Virus record (IMG/VR): IMGVR_UViG_3300031555_007106
DNA length: 64,000 nt
Direction: 5' to 3' (one strand)
Source: a virus
Lineage: Duplodnaviria; Heunggongvirae; Uroviricota; Caudoviricetes
Shown here: positions 63,925 to 64,000 of the stretch, piece after piece
Numbering within the stretch: the first letter of the stretch is position 1
Layout: each line of letters begins with the position of its first letter
Notes under the pieces: generated by a model
Seen by the model: the letters and a program-made list of their open reading frames with translations, nothing else
Told to the model about the DNA's origin: nothing
Database searches by the model: none
Translations under genes and position numbers: made by a program

Positions 63925-64000
63925 TTCAGATTGTGGTTAATTCAGCAAGATATCTCTCGACATCATTATCGTAGTTCGTAATCATATTTTCGTTTTTGAG
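63925..64000 (-). CDS. hypothetical protein, C-terminal fragment (...LKNENMITNYDNDVERYLAELTTI*); N-terminus beyond window end
   Basis: Hand translation open to window edge. Stop at 63925-63927. Confidence 0.4.

Noticed and set aside
381-63981. All plus-strand ORFs in the track between 1-12.4 kb and 14.2-64 kb (e.g. 381..761, 6845..7078, 8900..9280, 17303..17788, 31293..31919, 53341..53733, 62853..63245)
   Set aside because: Each lies antisense inside a longer, better-supported minus-strand gene, has no RBS, and has low-complexity AT-biased translation. They are shadow ORFs.
1-64000. CRISPR arrays, rRNA, tRNA genes
   Set aside because: No direct-repeat/spacer periodicity anywhere. No T-loop-like GGTTCGA(A/T)TCC or cloverleaf-sized conserved non-coding segment. 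The only regular repeats are the 36-bp coding repeats and the 130-bp cassettes.
14381-64000. Calling the array a prophage outright
   Set aside because: No integrase, repressor/Cro pair, terminase, portal, capsid, tail or lysin genes and no att repeats are in the window. Phage, ICE or plasmid origin cannot be distinguished from this sequence alone.

Overview
AT-rich (roughly one-third GC by eye), low-GC Gram-positive (Clostridia-like) DNA; almost every gene is on the minus strand.

The window has three parts.

(1) Positions 1-12.4 kb carry three large secreted or surface-protein genes, each with its own promoter region and rho-independent terminator. The first is a partial signal-peptide protein of more than 1580 aa with beta-helix-like and Ig-like repeats. 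The second is a 2050-aa sortase-anchored (NPETG) adhesin with Cna-B/'GA(T/V)F(K/T)LY' repeats, 36-bp tandem repeats in a Thr/Pro/acidic stalk, and a candidate thioester domain. The third is a secreted transglutaminase-like (Cys-His-Asp) protein with a Big_2 C-terminus.

(2) Positions 12.5-14.4 kb hold the only plus-strand genes, a small membrane protein and a 166-aa hypothetical protein. They are driven by a perfect TTGACA-17-TATAAT promoter and followed by a 640-bp non-coding region. That region contains a bidirectional terminator, two divergent near-consensus promoters that each make a short terminated transcript (candidate sRNAs), and an AT-rich block of palindromes and direct repeats.

(3) Positions 14.4-64 kb (continuing off the window) are a strictly one-strand, tightly packed array of about 100 mostly small (50-300 aa) ORFan genes, many Zn-ribbon-like or strongly acidic. 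Recognisable exceptions are two orphan DNA methyltransferases (a beta-class N6/N4 and a gamma-class N6A, no nuclease partner seen), a thymidylate-kinase-like P-loop kinase, an SPFH/band-7 lipoprotein, a DUF4314-like protein, and several tandem or dispersed paralog families. The array is punctuated by ten near-identical copies of a ~130-bp cassette (rho-independent terminator + putative promoter + AAAGGAAA RBS). The cassette is bounded by inverted AATAATAGCAAT motifs, and its 5' end often supplies the TAATAG stop of the upstream gene.

I see no rRNA, tRNA, CRISPR, integrase, terminase or capsid genes. The right 50 kb looks like a phage-early/host-takeover or anti-defence-type accessory island of a mobile element, but that is inference. 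Coordinates of features I added by hand may be off by 1-2 nt.
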